From NCBI GenBank assembly GCA_000388065.2, contig KB932207.1: 29,510 nucleotides of DNA, one strand, 5' to 3'. A program made the position numbers and the translations under genes. This document shows positions 9,143 through 20,068 of the stretch, in pieces; positions within the stretch are counted from its first letter, which is position 1; each line of letters opens with the position of its first letter. This DNA comes from Fonticula alba ATCC 38817. Taxonomy: Eukaryota; Protista; Nucleariida. The notes under the pieces were generated by a model. It had not been told where the DNA came from, searched no databases, and saw only the letters and a list, made by a program, of their open reading frames with translations.

Positions 9143-11720
9143 CTACCGGGCCTGCCAGTCTCGCCGGACGCCGATATACTCGATGACCGGGACCGGCTGG
9201 CCGTCGGGCACCGGGTCCAAAAACAGGAGGCTAATGGCCACAACCTGTGCCATGCAGGCCCCCGGGCGGCTGTCTGCCGGCACCTCGGCGGGCTGGAGCG
9301 CACACAGGTCCACGCGAAAGAGGCCGCCATTCTGCTCGCCGTCCACCACGATGCCAGCATGGTGGCCGGTGCCCCTCTCACTGATCCACTCAATGTCGAC
9401 GTAGTACCGCGTGGCGATGCTGAAAACCGGGTCCCGGCAGGAAGACAATCGGAAGGCAATCGGAAGGGTGGTTGGTGAGGCAGGCGGGCAGGCGGGCAGG
9501 CGGGCAGGCGGGCAGGCTGATTGGCCGGAAGTGCCACTCATTTCAGTACCTATTCAGGGGGAAGAGGTGCCCCCCGGAGGCAATCTCCACCCCCGAGCCA
9601 AAGAGCCAGGCGGCATTGGGCCCGGGCCCACCATCCGGCCCATCACCGGGGGCCAGGATGCGGATGAAGTCCCCGGCGACCGGGCGCCTGGGCAGACGGA
9701 AGTAGCACTCGCGGGCGCGAGCCAGCACCGACGATGGGTCAGCATAGGCGCCGATGTCGCCGGTGCTGAAGGAGCTCTCCAGTCGGAAGCCCAGGCGCTG
9801 GAGCTCCGGGCGACAGGGCGAGTGTCGCGGTATGTCGGCCGAACGCGGGCCCATGTCCCGGCCGACCCGGACGCCGCGATGCCACCGGCCGTCCGGGGGG
9901 TAGGGGGCCGACTGCCGGCCGGCCGCCGGGTCGGTGGCCGCCAGCACGGTGAGCGGCTGGTCCGCCAGGAGGAGCAGCCGCTCCACCGGGCGAACAGTGC
10001 GCAGGCCGATCTCCAGCAGGGACTGGGCCAGGTACTCCACCACGGGCCAGTCTTCCAGGGGGTTGCCTCCGGGGACCCGGTGGGCCAGGGGATCTGGCTG
10101 GCGGTGGAGGCGGTTTAGATCGAGGAAAGACCTGGCCCCAGGTGGGACGCCCGGAAGTGGCGAAGCACCGGCACGGCAAAGGTCGGTCAGTAACGGCCCG
10201 CAGGCGCGACACATGGGCATGCTCACGGGCAAATGCGCACACGGCCAACAGCGGGAGGGTCAGACGCTCGCGCGTTCGCAGCAGGAGTGTATGTGGGCAG
10301 GGGGCAATGTCGCCCGGGGGGCAGAGGACCGGGGAGGTCGGCTGCTCGGCTTCCTGCCTCCGTCGCCCGGCCTGCTCGGCCCGGCTGAGAGCCATGGAAC
10401 GGCCGACCGGCAGGTAGAAGCGCCGGCCATGGCGAGTCCAGTCGGCCGCTCGGTCGAACAGATCGCCCGGCAGCTGGTGGAGGATCTGCCCTCGAGCCCC
10501 GGCGGAGGTGGGTGAAATGGTCAGGCCAGGGGGTTGCTTGCATTTGGGGCGGCATCGGCACAAGCCGGCCATACCGAGCTGTCGATGATGATGGCCAGGC
10601 AATTGGCAGCGTGGAAGACGGCCGCCTCATTGTCGGCCTGGAAGCATTCGTGCAGGTCGGCCATGCTCAAGACCGGCCGCGGGCAGAGGACCGGCCCGCA
10701 CTCGGGGGAGCTCGGCACCGCGGCCAGCAGGCGCCCCAGCGAGTGGGCCAGTTCCGCAGCCAGCGGCAGCCCGGCGGCGAGCCCGGCACCCGGGCGCACC
10801 GGAGACGGGGCCAGCACCAGGCGGAAGCCCACCGGCCGCGACCGGAAGGCCGGCCCGCCGACCGAGCTGCGCTGCCAGAGGGTTTCCACGCGCGACGGGG
10901 CCGGCCCGAGTGGGCCCGACCCGGGGGTGGCCTCGGTCCACTCTTCGGACACCTCGATCACCTGTGGCCCATGGAGCATGTCATCGGACAGCTCCATGCG
11001 AAGTCGCCAATCGGGCCGGGCCGCGGCGGCGGCGCCGCCGCCGCCGCCGGCTGCCGCCACCGGTGCCAAGTCCAGCAGGACATGAGTCTGAGGGCGGAAC
11101 TCCTGTTGCCAGGATGTCCACACGCGGACTTCGGCCGGCCGGAGCCCACTGCCGCCGGCCACACCGGCCGCCAGGGCCCCCAGGTCCGGCCATTCGGCCA
11201 GGCGCCTCAGGGCAATGTCCGTGTAGTGTGCGGCGGCCGCCCAGCCGGGGACCTGGTTCTGCAGGAAGTCCGGAGCCGGCGCCGGGACCAGGATCGGCTG
11301 GCTGGGGTCCGAGAAAAGCAGGACCCCCAGGGCGTCCGAACATCGGGCCACGGCGGCCGAGCACTGCGTTGACAGCGAGTGCAGGATGTAAGTCAGGTGT
11401 CGGGTTCCGGCCGAGGACACGGGCTCGACCGGCGCCCGGCCCGGCGGCGGGGCCTCCGGTGCCGAGACCCTCGGGGCTGGTGCCATGCCCGGCGGGCTGG
11501 GCATCGGCCTGCCCAATGGCGACCGACCGGCCCCTCGGAGTCGAAGTGCCGCCACAAAGGCCAAGATGGCCATCACACCGATGGTCAGCCGGAGCAACCG
11601 GCGATTGTTGCGCAGCCAAATGGACGTCCGGATGCGCAAGCGCCTGGCCGAGGGCCCACCATGGCCGGCATGGGCCCCGGGCAGGCCGGGCCCCGGGGGA
11701 AAGAGTCGCGCCCGGGGCAT
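9143..11720 (-). CDS. Type II membrane protein, divergent MGAT4/GnT-IV (GT54)-like with C-terminal lectin-like domain
   Basis: ATG at 11720 (aacaaaATG). TM anchor LLRLTIGVMAILAFVAAL, then a Pro-rich stem. Introns 10574-10486, 10240-10132 and 9549-9420 are all in phase. HLTYILHSL...LGVLLFSDP resembles MGAT4 YLIETLHSL...VIVVFIGET; YFRLPRRPVAGDFIRI...WLFGSG resembles FFWAITPIAGDYILF...YLFHSG. Confidence 0.6.
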
Positions 11721-12677
11721 TTTGTTGGCCGGGACCAGGCCGCCAGGGAGTCGGCGTCGAGCTGGGCAGGGAGGGAAATCCGCCAGGAAAGGCCGGGGCG
11801 ATCGTGCACAAGCGGGGAGGGCACAGAACGCGGCAGGGAGGGGGGGGGGGGGAGGCAGAGAGCTTGCCAAGGGCAGGGATGTCCAGCTGGAGGCCGGGCC
11901 AGGGGGAGGGGGGAGGGGACTGAGCCAAAAATTAACCCCCCACCCACAGACCCAGCGCCTGGCCGAAGGACAATGCTGCACCTGACGCCTGGCACAAGGT
12001 CAGGAATGCAGACCTCGCCTCCCCCCCCCTCTCTCTCTCTCCCGGGCCTTGGAGGTCTCAAACAAGTGCGGAGCCAACTGGCTCGCGGGGCGGTCCCGCT
12101 GGCGACAGCCAGAGGCCGTGGCCCAAAGTGAGGGCGCGCGCGCCACTCAAGGCCCGATCCGACCAATTCGACACCATGCTCTCGGTCCCTCCCGTCCCTC
12201 CCCCCCCCCCCCCCCCCCCCCCCTCTCTCTCTCCCTACCCCTCCTCGCGCATGATCTCTCCCCAAAGGTTCGAGCAAAGCAGTTGTGTCCGACGCGCGCG
12301 CGCCAGGCCGCGCTGGTTCTGGATGTTCTCCAGCCGGGTGTCTTCTCGATGGAGATGTATGCAAACAGGCGTGTATTCTCTCCAGAAGGGCGCAGATGCC
12401 AATCCTCGCGCTCAGGCGTTCAGGGGACCGGCCGAGGCGGTGGCCAAAATACCAACACCAGGAGGGCGGAGGGGGGACCGGGGGCGAGGGCAGGCGGCCA
12501 GTCGAGCCTGGCCTCCCCCCCCCCCCCCCCCCCCCCCCCCGCGCCCCCCGGGGAGGGGGACATAAAATAACACACCCCCGCTGGCAGATCGAAGGAGGGA
12601 AGAAAGGCACGCCAAGGGAAAATACCCGCGCAGACGGCACTTCAAAAGGCTTGTTGTGGGCTACATTGACACGTGAC

Positions 12678-14384
12678 CTACCCACGCCGCTTTACCGGCT
12701 CGGTCGGCACGCGCTTGTAAAATTGCTGCCGCATCCAGGCCACACTCTGGCGAACGGCCTCGTCGGAGATGGCGCGGACATCATCCAGGGTCCAGGGGGA
12801 GAGGACAGGGCTGGATTGGGAGGCCAGGTGTGCCGGGGGCATACTTATCACGGAGTACCCGTGCACCCCGGCCGGCGGGAGCTTGATGTTGATGATGTAG
12901 TCACAGGCGTGGAATTGCGGCGAGTAGGGCCGGTCGGTGCAAAAGAGGATCGGGTCGACGGACCCCGGCTTCTGGGCCTCGGTCTCGTTGAGCAGGTCCA
13001 TCGTCTGCTGGGCATACTTCATGACGGCCTCGTGGAAGGCGTACTTGACCGCGCGGCGGCTGTAGTCGCGCACGGCGGCCCGATTGTCGACGGACCTTTT
13101 GCTGGCTTGCACGATGACCCGGTAGCCGAAGGGGAGGTTCTTGAAGCCCGCTGGAGGAGGGAGGGCGGAAGGTGCGGGCAGCAGGGAGATCCGGGAGCGG
13201 AGGGGCGGGGGGGGGGGGGGGGGGATAGGTGAGTACACAGAAGGAGAGACAGCGAGAGAAAGAGAGAAAGAAGGGAAAAGACAGACAGACACAGGCAGAC
13301 ACAGGCAGACACAGGCAGACACAGAGAACAAAAGAAAAAAGGAACACAGGAACACAGTGCCCCGGCAGAGGAAGAGGCAGCACCCCGCAGCTCGGGGCAA
13401 AGACGTACGATCATGCCGGCGAAGGGGATCCCACGGCGCGGCAAGGATGGTGAAGCGCTCGCACTTGTGGATGACCTTGGAGTTGGACTTGGAATGCCCC
13501 TGCTTGATGGACTCAATGCGAGAGACCGGCTCGCTGGTTAGGCGCACCGGGTCGTGAATGCCGATGTAGTACTTGGGGAAGAGCTCGGCCAGGCGCTGAT
13601 GCAGGCGATTGGCTCGCCAGTTGGAGCTCAAGCGGGACGGATCCTGGGCCATCGACAGCCCGGCCACAGGGTTATCCTGGAGGAGGAGCTGTGAATTTTG
13701 ATATAAATTGTGCGTCGGCTCCAGCACCATTCGCCGGAGCTGATCCGCCGGGACCAGGCCCGCGGCTGACAGCAGCAGCGGCGAGATGCTTTTGGTGATG
13801 ACTTGCGACAAGCGCGGGTGCATTCGAGACAGGGGCGTGTGGTTGGAAATCTGCTGGGTGTAGTGCGGCCCCGACAGATGCCCATGCGAGGAGAAGTCCT
13901 CCTGAAGGCGCCCATCGCGCCTGGAGGCCGGCTGTGCGTATCGATGCCGATCGCCGCTTCGCGAGCGATTGTCACGCTGCCGCTCATACGACACGGCCGT
14001 CGGCAGCGAGGGGAGCCCCTGCAAATTGTCGCTAAAGCTCTGGATGAGCACGCGCTCGGTGCCCACCGGCTGATAGCGCTGCTTCTGGCCCAGTGCATCG
14101 CCAGGCATCGGGGATTTGTCACCCCGACGGGTGCGCAGACGCTCCGGCTCCGGCTCCGGCTCGCGGCGACGTGTGCCCGGGCGCTGGCCCTGCGGGACAC
14201 GATCGAAGGAGGCTGGCAGGCGCAAGGAACCCGTCGAGTTGCCCGGTGGCTTGGAGGCGCCATCGTTTGCCGCATTTCCGGATCTCGAGGAAAGCTGCCG
14301 CGCCGGGGTCCACTGGACGCTCAGCAGCCCAGGCCTCGAGGCCAGTCGATGAAGAGGGCCCCGTAGCGGGGGCGGACAAATCAT
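12678..14384 (-). CDS. rnpA: Putative mitochondrion-targeted protein with C-terminal bacterial-type RNase P protein (RnpA)-like domain
   Basis: ATG at 14384 opens an Arg/Ser/Leu-rich, acid-free N-terminus. One in-phase intron, 13408-13151 (GTACGT...CAG). C-terminal FPK...RLT...RFTILAAP...YRVIVQASKRSVDNRAAVRDYSRRAVKYAF...DYIINIK parallels E. coli RnpA FPRELRLLT...QITILG...[28 protein letters not shown]...DFVVVAK. Confidence 0.65.
   Translation of the reverse strand: MICPPPLRGPLHRLASRPGLLSVQWTPARQLSSRSGNAANDGASKPPGNSTGSLRLPASFDRVPQGQRPGTRRREPEPEPERLRTRRGDKSPMPGDALGQKQRYQPVGTERVLIQSFSDNLQGLPSLPTAVSYERQRDNRSRSGDRHRYAQPASRRDGRLQEDFSSHGHLSGPHYTQQISNHTPLSRMHPRLSQVITKSISPLLLSAAGLVPADQLRRMVLEPTHNLYQNSQLLLQDNPVAGLSMAQDPSRLSSNWRANRLHQRLAELFPKYYIGIHDPVRLTSEPVSRIESIKQGHSKSNSKVIHKCERFTILAAPWDPLRRHDRTSLPRAAGCCLFLCRGTVFLCSFFLLFSVSACVCLCLPVSVCLFPSFSLSLAVSPSVYSPIPPPPPPPLRSRISLLPAPSALPPPAGFKNLPFGYRVIVQASKRSVDNRAAVRDYSRRAVKYAFHEAVMKYAQQTMDLLNETEAQKPGSVDPILFCTDRPYSPQFHACDYIINIKLPPAGVHGYSVISMPPAHLASQSSPVLSPWTLDDVRAISDEAVRQSVAWMRQQFYKRVPTEPVKRRG
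13286..13322. repeat. Intronic decamer tandem repeat (ACAGGCAGAC) x3
   Basis: acaggcagac repeated three times in the intron of the RnpA-like gene. Confidence 0.9.
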
Positions 14385-15013
14385 GGCTTCGGCGAACGGC
14401 GAGAGGAGGACCCGGAGGAGAAGGAGGAGAGCGAGCGAGAGAGCGAGCTGCACGAAAGGAGAGCGGTCGAGGACCGAGGACCAAGAAGAGGAGAGGGGGG
14501 CGCTGCAGGCGGGGCGTCTGCCCTCCAAGCCCCCTCGTGCACGCTGATGAGCTGGCACAGGACACATGGCGAGCCACTCTTCGCCCCGTGCCCGCCGCCC
14601 GCCCGCCCGCCCCCCCTCCCGGGCCCTTCCAAGGGCCGGCACCACGACAGCCATGCTCCCGCGCCTCGGCAGCGACAGCCCATTTCCACCCGAGGCCCAG
14701 ACATGGAGACGAGCTGGAACATTCGTTGGCACTTGTCCATGCGGCCGTCGGCTCCCCATGCTGCCGGCCTCCTCTGCACCCCCTTGCCCCCCCCCCCCCC
14801 TCCGGCTGGACGATGCCCGGGTACGACCTGAGAAGAAGGGCCACCATGCCCGGGCCCGGGCGCATGCCCGGAGGGTCACAATTCCCTCCCTCCACCCCCC
14901 ACCCCCTGTCTCCTTCCCCGTCCTTTCTCTGGGGGCTGCCTCTTCTCCCTTCGCCCTCCCACACCCCCCCCCCTCCTCCCTTTACCTCTCCAATCCGAAC
15001 GCCAGTGCACATC
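14385..15013. promoter_or_regulatory. Putative bidirectional promoter between RnpA-like (-) and DDX47 (+)
   Basis: Head-to-head ATGs about 630 bp apart. Purine-rich + strand near 14400-14510 switches to pyrimidine-rich near 14880-14990, as expected for divergent 5' leaders. Confidence 0.5.
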
Positions 15014-17036
15014 ATGAGCGACTCCGAGGACGACTTCCGCGGCCACCTGTTGTCCGGCTCGGACGCCAGCCATTCGGACTCCGACTCCGATGCCGAGACC
15101 GTCGAGCAGAAGCCCGCCACCTTCGCCGACCTGGGTCTGAATGACATCCTCCTGCAGGGTATGTGAATGGTGGCCCGGCGCCCTCGACAAGCGGAGGCCC
15201 TTTGACGTGGGCTGCCTGTGGCGATTTCCTTTCGCGCAGATCGTTGACTCACTTGTCCCCCCTCCCCCCCTCCTGCTCCAACCCACTTGCCCACCTCCCC
15301 CTGGCTGCCTCTCGCCCCTGCTGCCACGCCACAGCCTGCGCTCAGGTTGGCTGGACCAAGCCCACGCCCATTCAGGTGGAGTCCATTCCCTCGGCCCTCA
15401 AGGGCCGCGATATCATCGGCCTGGCCAAGACCGGCTCCGGTAAGACCGGTGCCTTTGCTCTGCCCATCCTGTCGGCTCTCCTGAAGAAGCCGGTCCCCCT
15501 TTTCGCCCTGATTCTGGCGCCGACCCGGTGCGTTGGCTTTGGCCCCCCCCCCCCTGAAGAACGGGCCAGGCCCGCCGTCACTCCCACCCCACAGGCCCGC
15601 TGACCTGCCTTGTCCTCTTCCCCCCTTCCCCTCCTTCCCTCCCCCCCCCCTCCCTTGCTCTTGTGCGACGCCGGGCTGGCAGAGAGCTTGCCTTCCAGAT
15701 CCATGAGAATGTTGAGGCCCTCGGCGCGCCGATCGGCGTCCGGTCGGTGGCCATCGTCGGCGGTGTGGACATGATGAGCCAGTCGGTGTCACTCGCCAAG
15801 AAGCCGCACGTTGTGGTGGCCACCCCCGGTCGTCTGGTGGATCACCTGGAGAATACCAAGGGGTTCTCCCTGCGCACCACCGGCTTCCTGGTCCTTGATG
15901 AGGCCGATCGCCTGCTGAACAGCGAGTTCGAGGAGGAGGTCAACAAGATCATCAAGGTCATCAGCAAGGAGCGCCAGACGCTGCTCTTCTCGGCCACCAT
16001 GACCGACAAGGTGAACAAGCTCCAGCGCGCGGCTCTGCGTGATCCGGTCAAGGTGGAAGTGGCAACTAAGTACGCGTCCCCCCCCCCCCCTCCCCCCCCC
16101 CTTCTCTCCCCCTCCCTCCCCTTTCTCCCTCCCTCATCCCTGTGTCCTCTGCCTGCCGGTTGGAAACTTATCCCCCCTCCCCGTCCCCGCCCCCGTCCCT
16201 CGGTGTGAACTTCGGCTGGCCCGCCCCTTGGGCTTCCCCCACTGCAGGTTCTCCACTGCCGACAAGCTTCTCCAGTCGTATCTCTTCATCCCGGCCAAGT
16301 ACAAGGAGGTCTACCTGACCTACCTAATCAATGAGTTTGCCGGGCATGCGAGCATCATCTTCGTCAACCGCCAGCACTCGGCCCAGACCTTGGCCCTGAT
16401 GCTGCGGGCGCTTGGTTTCCCGGCCATCCCGCTGCATGGCGGCCTGTCGCAGCCCAAGCGCCTCGGCGCACTGAACCGCTTCAAGAGCGGCACCCGCAAC
16501 ATCCTCATCGCCACCGACGTGGCGGCCCGTGGTCTGGATATCCCCAGCGTGGACCTGGTCATCAATTATGACCTGCCCCAGAACAGCAAGGACTACGTCC
16601 ACCGGGTTGGCCGTACCGCCCGTGCCGGTCGCTCCGGCAAGTCCATCACCTTCGTCACCCAGTACGATGTCGAGGCCTTCCAGCGCATTGAGCAGCTCCT
16701 CGGCAAGCAGATGGATCTCTACTCCGGCTGCGAGGAGGCGCAGGTTCTCCTGCTGCTGGAGCGCGTCATGGAGGCCCAGCGTGTCGCGGCTCTCGTACGT
16801 TCACCGGTGTCTCCCTGCCTCCCCCGATGGGGGACTCTGCCCGACGCGCGATGACTGACCCATCCTCCCTACCATTTGCACACACACACACACACACACA
16901 GGAGTTCAAGGATAGTGGCGGCCTGAAGCGCCGTCGCTCCGATGAGGAGGATGGCGATGCCGCGCCCAAGAAGAAGGCCGGTCCTTCGGCCGGCAGGGGA
17001 GGGAAATCCTCCGGCCCCATGAAGAAGCGCCGCTAA
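15014..17036 (+). CDS. RRP3: DEAD-box RNA helicase DDX47/Rrp3 (18S rRNA processing)
   Basis: Q-motif [38 protein letters not shown] and [10 protein letters not shown]; [13 protein letters not shown] is typical of DDX47/Rrp3. Five GT-AG introns; basic C-terminus ends MKKRR* (TAA 17034-17036). Confidence 0.95.
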
Positions 17037-17504
17037 TGTGGGGCAATTGCCCTGGATCTTGGCGTCCAGCCACCTGGGACCCGCATTCCCGGCCCCCCTG
17101 CTTGCGCCTGCACTCGCCATCCTTTCTCTTCCTTTCCCCCCCCTCACCTGTAGAATATACCCCACTGTTTGGATCCCCCTCCCCCCCCCCCCCCCCCCCC
17201 CCCCGCGTCCCCGCCCCCCCCAGCCCTCCCGTGCTTCCGCCCCCTCACCGCTTCGCATGCAAGCCGAGGGAGGGGTGGGCAAGCTGTGTGTGGGAAAGTG
17301 GGCCCACAGAAAACACTATGTCTGTTGTATTCTTTTTTTGAAACGACGGGGAGGGGGCGCACCCAGAGAGGGAGAGAGGGAAAGAGAGGGGCACCAATCT
17401 GAAAGAAAAAAGAGGGGAGGGAGATCAATAGAGCCACCCACAAGATCGCACAAGGGAAAGAGGGAAAAGGCCATGGGGCAGGGGAGGGGGGACAAATGAC
17501 CTGC

Positions 17505-18778
17505 CTAACACCCACAGGAGCTGCCCTCGTCCGCCTCCTCAGCCTCATCGAACTGACTCTTGGAGACGGTATTCCCCTGAGTAGAGGGCGCGGCGGTCTG
17601 ATTGGACAGGGCCATCTTCTCGACGATCTGAGCGGGCATCCGATGGCAGGGGCAGGGTCAGCAACAGCAGGGAGAGGGGCGAGGGGGAGAACATCAGGAA
17701 GCAAGGGCTGGAGGGAAGTGTCGGGGACGTGTCGCACCTTCTCCACAAGGTGATCGAAAGCCTGGGCTACACCGACACGCGTGCGAGCACTGCTCTGAAC
17801 GAAGAGCGACCCGCGGCGCCGGGCCAGAGCCTGGCCCTCCTCGGTGGTGACTGCGCACTGGTCGAGCTGCAGGTGTATATGTGCGGGCGTGCGGGGAGGG
17901 GCGGGGCGGGGCGGGGCCGGGGGGGGGTACGGAGGATGAGGGGGAACGGAAATGGGCACGAACATCAGAACGAGAAAGCAAAAGGCAAGGAGCCGGATGG
18001 AAAGGAGAAAGAAAGATCGATGGGAGAAGGGGAGCCCTGTAAAGATCCAGGCTAGGAGGGGCGTACGCTGTCCAGTTTGTTGCCGACAATCATCGTAACG
18101 ACATTGGAGTTTTCCCCCGGGGGGCAGTGGTAGTCCAGCTCGTCGAACCAGCTGCTCAGATTGTCGAAGGACGACCGGTTGGTAATGTCGTAGACTGCAC
18201 GCACCGAGGGGAAGACAGAGAGAGAGAGAGAGAGGGGGGGGGAGAGGAGGGGGGATTAGAACCGGCGATGCACGACACGAGGAGAAGCCGAGCAGCACGA
18301 ACCGAGGATGACACCATGAGCGCCGCGATAGTACGAAGAGGAAAGGGTCCGGAAGCGGTCCTGCCCGGCGGTGTCCTGTACATGGGGCAAGTAATCCAGG
18401 AGACATGGTGAGAGGCGCGTCCAAGGGCACAGGCACAACGGTTGACGCGTGGGGGGGGGGGGGGGGGGGGGGGAATGAGCGCACCAAAATGAGCAGCTTG
18501 TAGCACTGGTCGTTGACAACCACATGGCGGACTTTGAAATCGACACCTGCCCAAGGAACGGGGAAGATGCTCACAGGTCAACACATGTGGCCCAGCAGGC
18601 CGGCAGCCGGCGCGCGCATGGAAGGCGAGCAACTAACACGAGGATGGTGCGTACCAACGGTGGCGAGCTCATCGCTACGGAACCGATCATCCACATAACG
18701 GTACATGAGGGACGTCTTGCCGGTCCCACTGTCGCCGATGAGCAGGATCTTGAGGGCGGTTGGGGCTGCGGCCGACAT
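17505..18778 (-). CDS. RAB18: Rab18-like small GTPase
   Basis: Spliced motifs: [53 protein letters not shown], and C-terminal CXC prenylation motif SSCGC*. True ATG is at 18778; the ORF-track start at 18787 is TTG. Confidence 0.85.
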
Positions 18779-20068
18779 CGCGGACAAATCCAGGGGAGCG
18801 AGGAGCGAAGCAGCAGCGAAACGCGCAGGGAGGGGAAGACGGGGAAGCGGCCGGGCGGGTGTGCGGGCGGGCGGGCGGGCGGGCGGGCGGGCGAGGGAAG
18901 CAAGGAGGAGCTAGGGAGGCGAAGCGGCGGACGGTGAAGGAGGGGGGGGGGGGGCAATGATGCGACGGATGACGAAGGATCACATCACGCGCCCCAAGCC
19001 CCTGGATGGGACCCGAAGAGTGGATCGGCACCAGCGAAAGACGGCGACCCCCCGAGCCCCCTCTCCTGCCCGCCCCCGGCCCCTTCCTTCGCGGCTGCGA
19101 CTGGGGACCACCACGGCGCCCTGCCGTCCGGGGCCACAAGGAAGGAAGTCAGTCAGATCTGCCCCTCCGTCTGTTGGGCGTCGTCGGTCATACTACGTTG
19201 TGTGATGTGTCCCCGGCTCGGGTGCTGTCGAGGAGGGCCGGCATGTGCCGATGCCTGACATCCAGGGGGCGGGGGGGTATCCCGCTTGCGACCTTCTCAT
19301 CTTGCAGGAGCGGCGCCGGGCGAGGGAGAACACACCTTATGCGTAAAATGCCCCCCCCCCCCCCAAGGGGCCCGGAGTTTTGTTTTTTCCGAGTCGCCCC
19401 GCCCCCGCCTCTCTCGCTTTCTCCCTCGGCGCGGCTCGGGCACCGCTGGTCCTGATACTTGGGCCGCCCCGTCCCCCTCTCCGGGGTTTGCCTTGCATTA
19501 CCGCTATCCGACGGTGTCCCCGGGCGTGGCTTCAGTCAGGCAGCGTGCAGCGATCCGCCCGCCCGGGGTTCTCCCCCAGGGGGGGCGCAAGAAAAAAAAC
19601 AGACGCCGAGAGACGCCCCAGCCCCCCGGGGGAGAGGGGGGGGGGGGGGGGGGGCACACGTCTGAACTCCAGGGGGGAGGGGGATCGCCGGGTGCGTGTG
19701 CGTCCATACCTGAACTCGTGCCCGGAGTTCAGGGGGGGGGGGGGGGGGGCACACAAAGGGGCATACACACTCCCCGCATTCCCAAGCGGGACGGACCAGC
19801 GAAGGCCGATGAAAAAGCGGACAACCTCTATTTTTCGGGAACAGCCCTGGCTCACGGGAGCCCGAACACAACGCCGCAGACCGAGGGGGCTGGCCGGGTC
19901 GAGGCGGCGCCGGGAAAGGCTGGCCGGCAAAAATACGCCCCGAGGCTCAAGAGCGAGGGAGACGTCCCACAAGAAGGGGACGCGGAGCGGGCGGAGCCGG
20001 GGCCGGGGCCGGGGAACAAATGCTACCGGTGACGGTGTTCAACGCAGGCCCATGTGTGTCATGTGATG

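Noticed and set aside
19518-19575. tRNA-like or SRP-Alu-like look (A-box-like TGGCTTCAGTCAGG within a stem)
   Set aside because: No GTTCRA T-loop, no cloverleaf spacing and no SRP helix-8 motif. Kept only as a low-interest hairpin.
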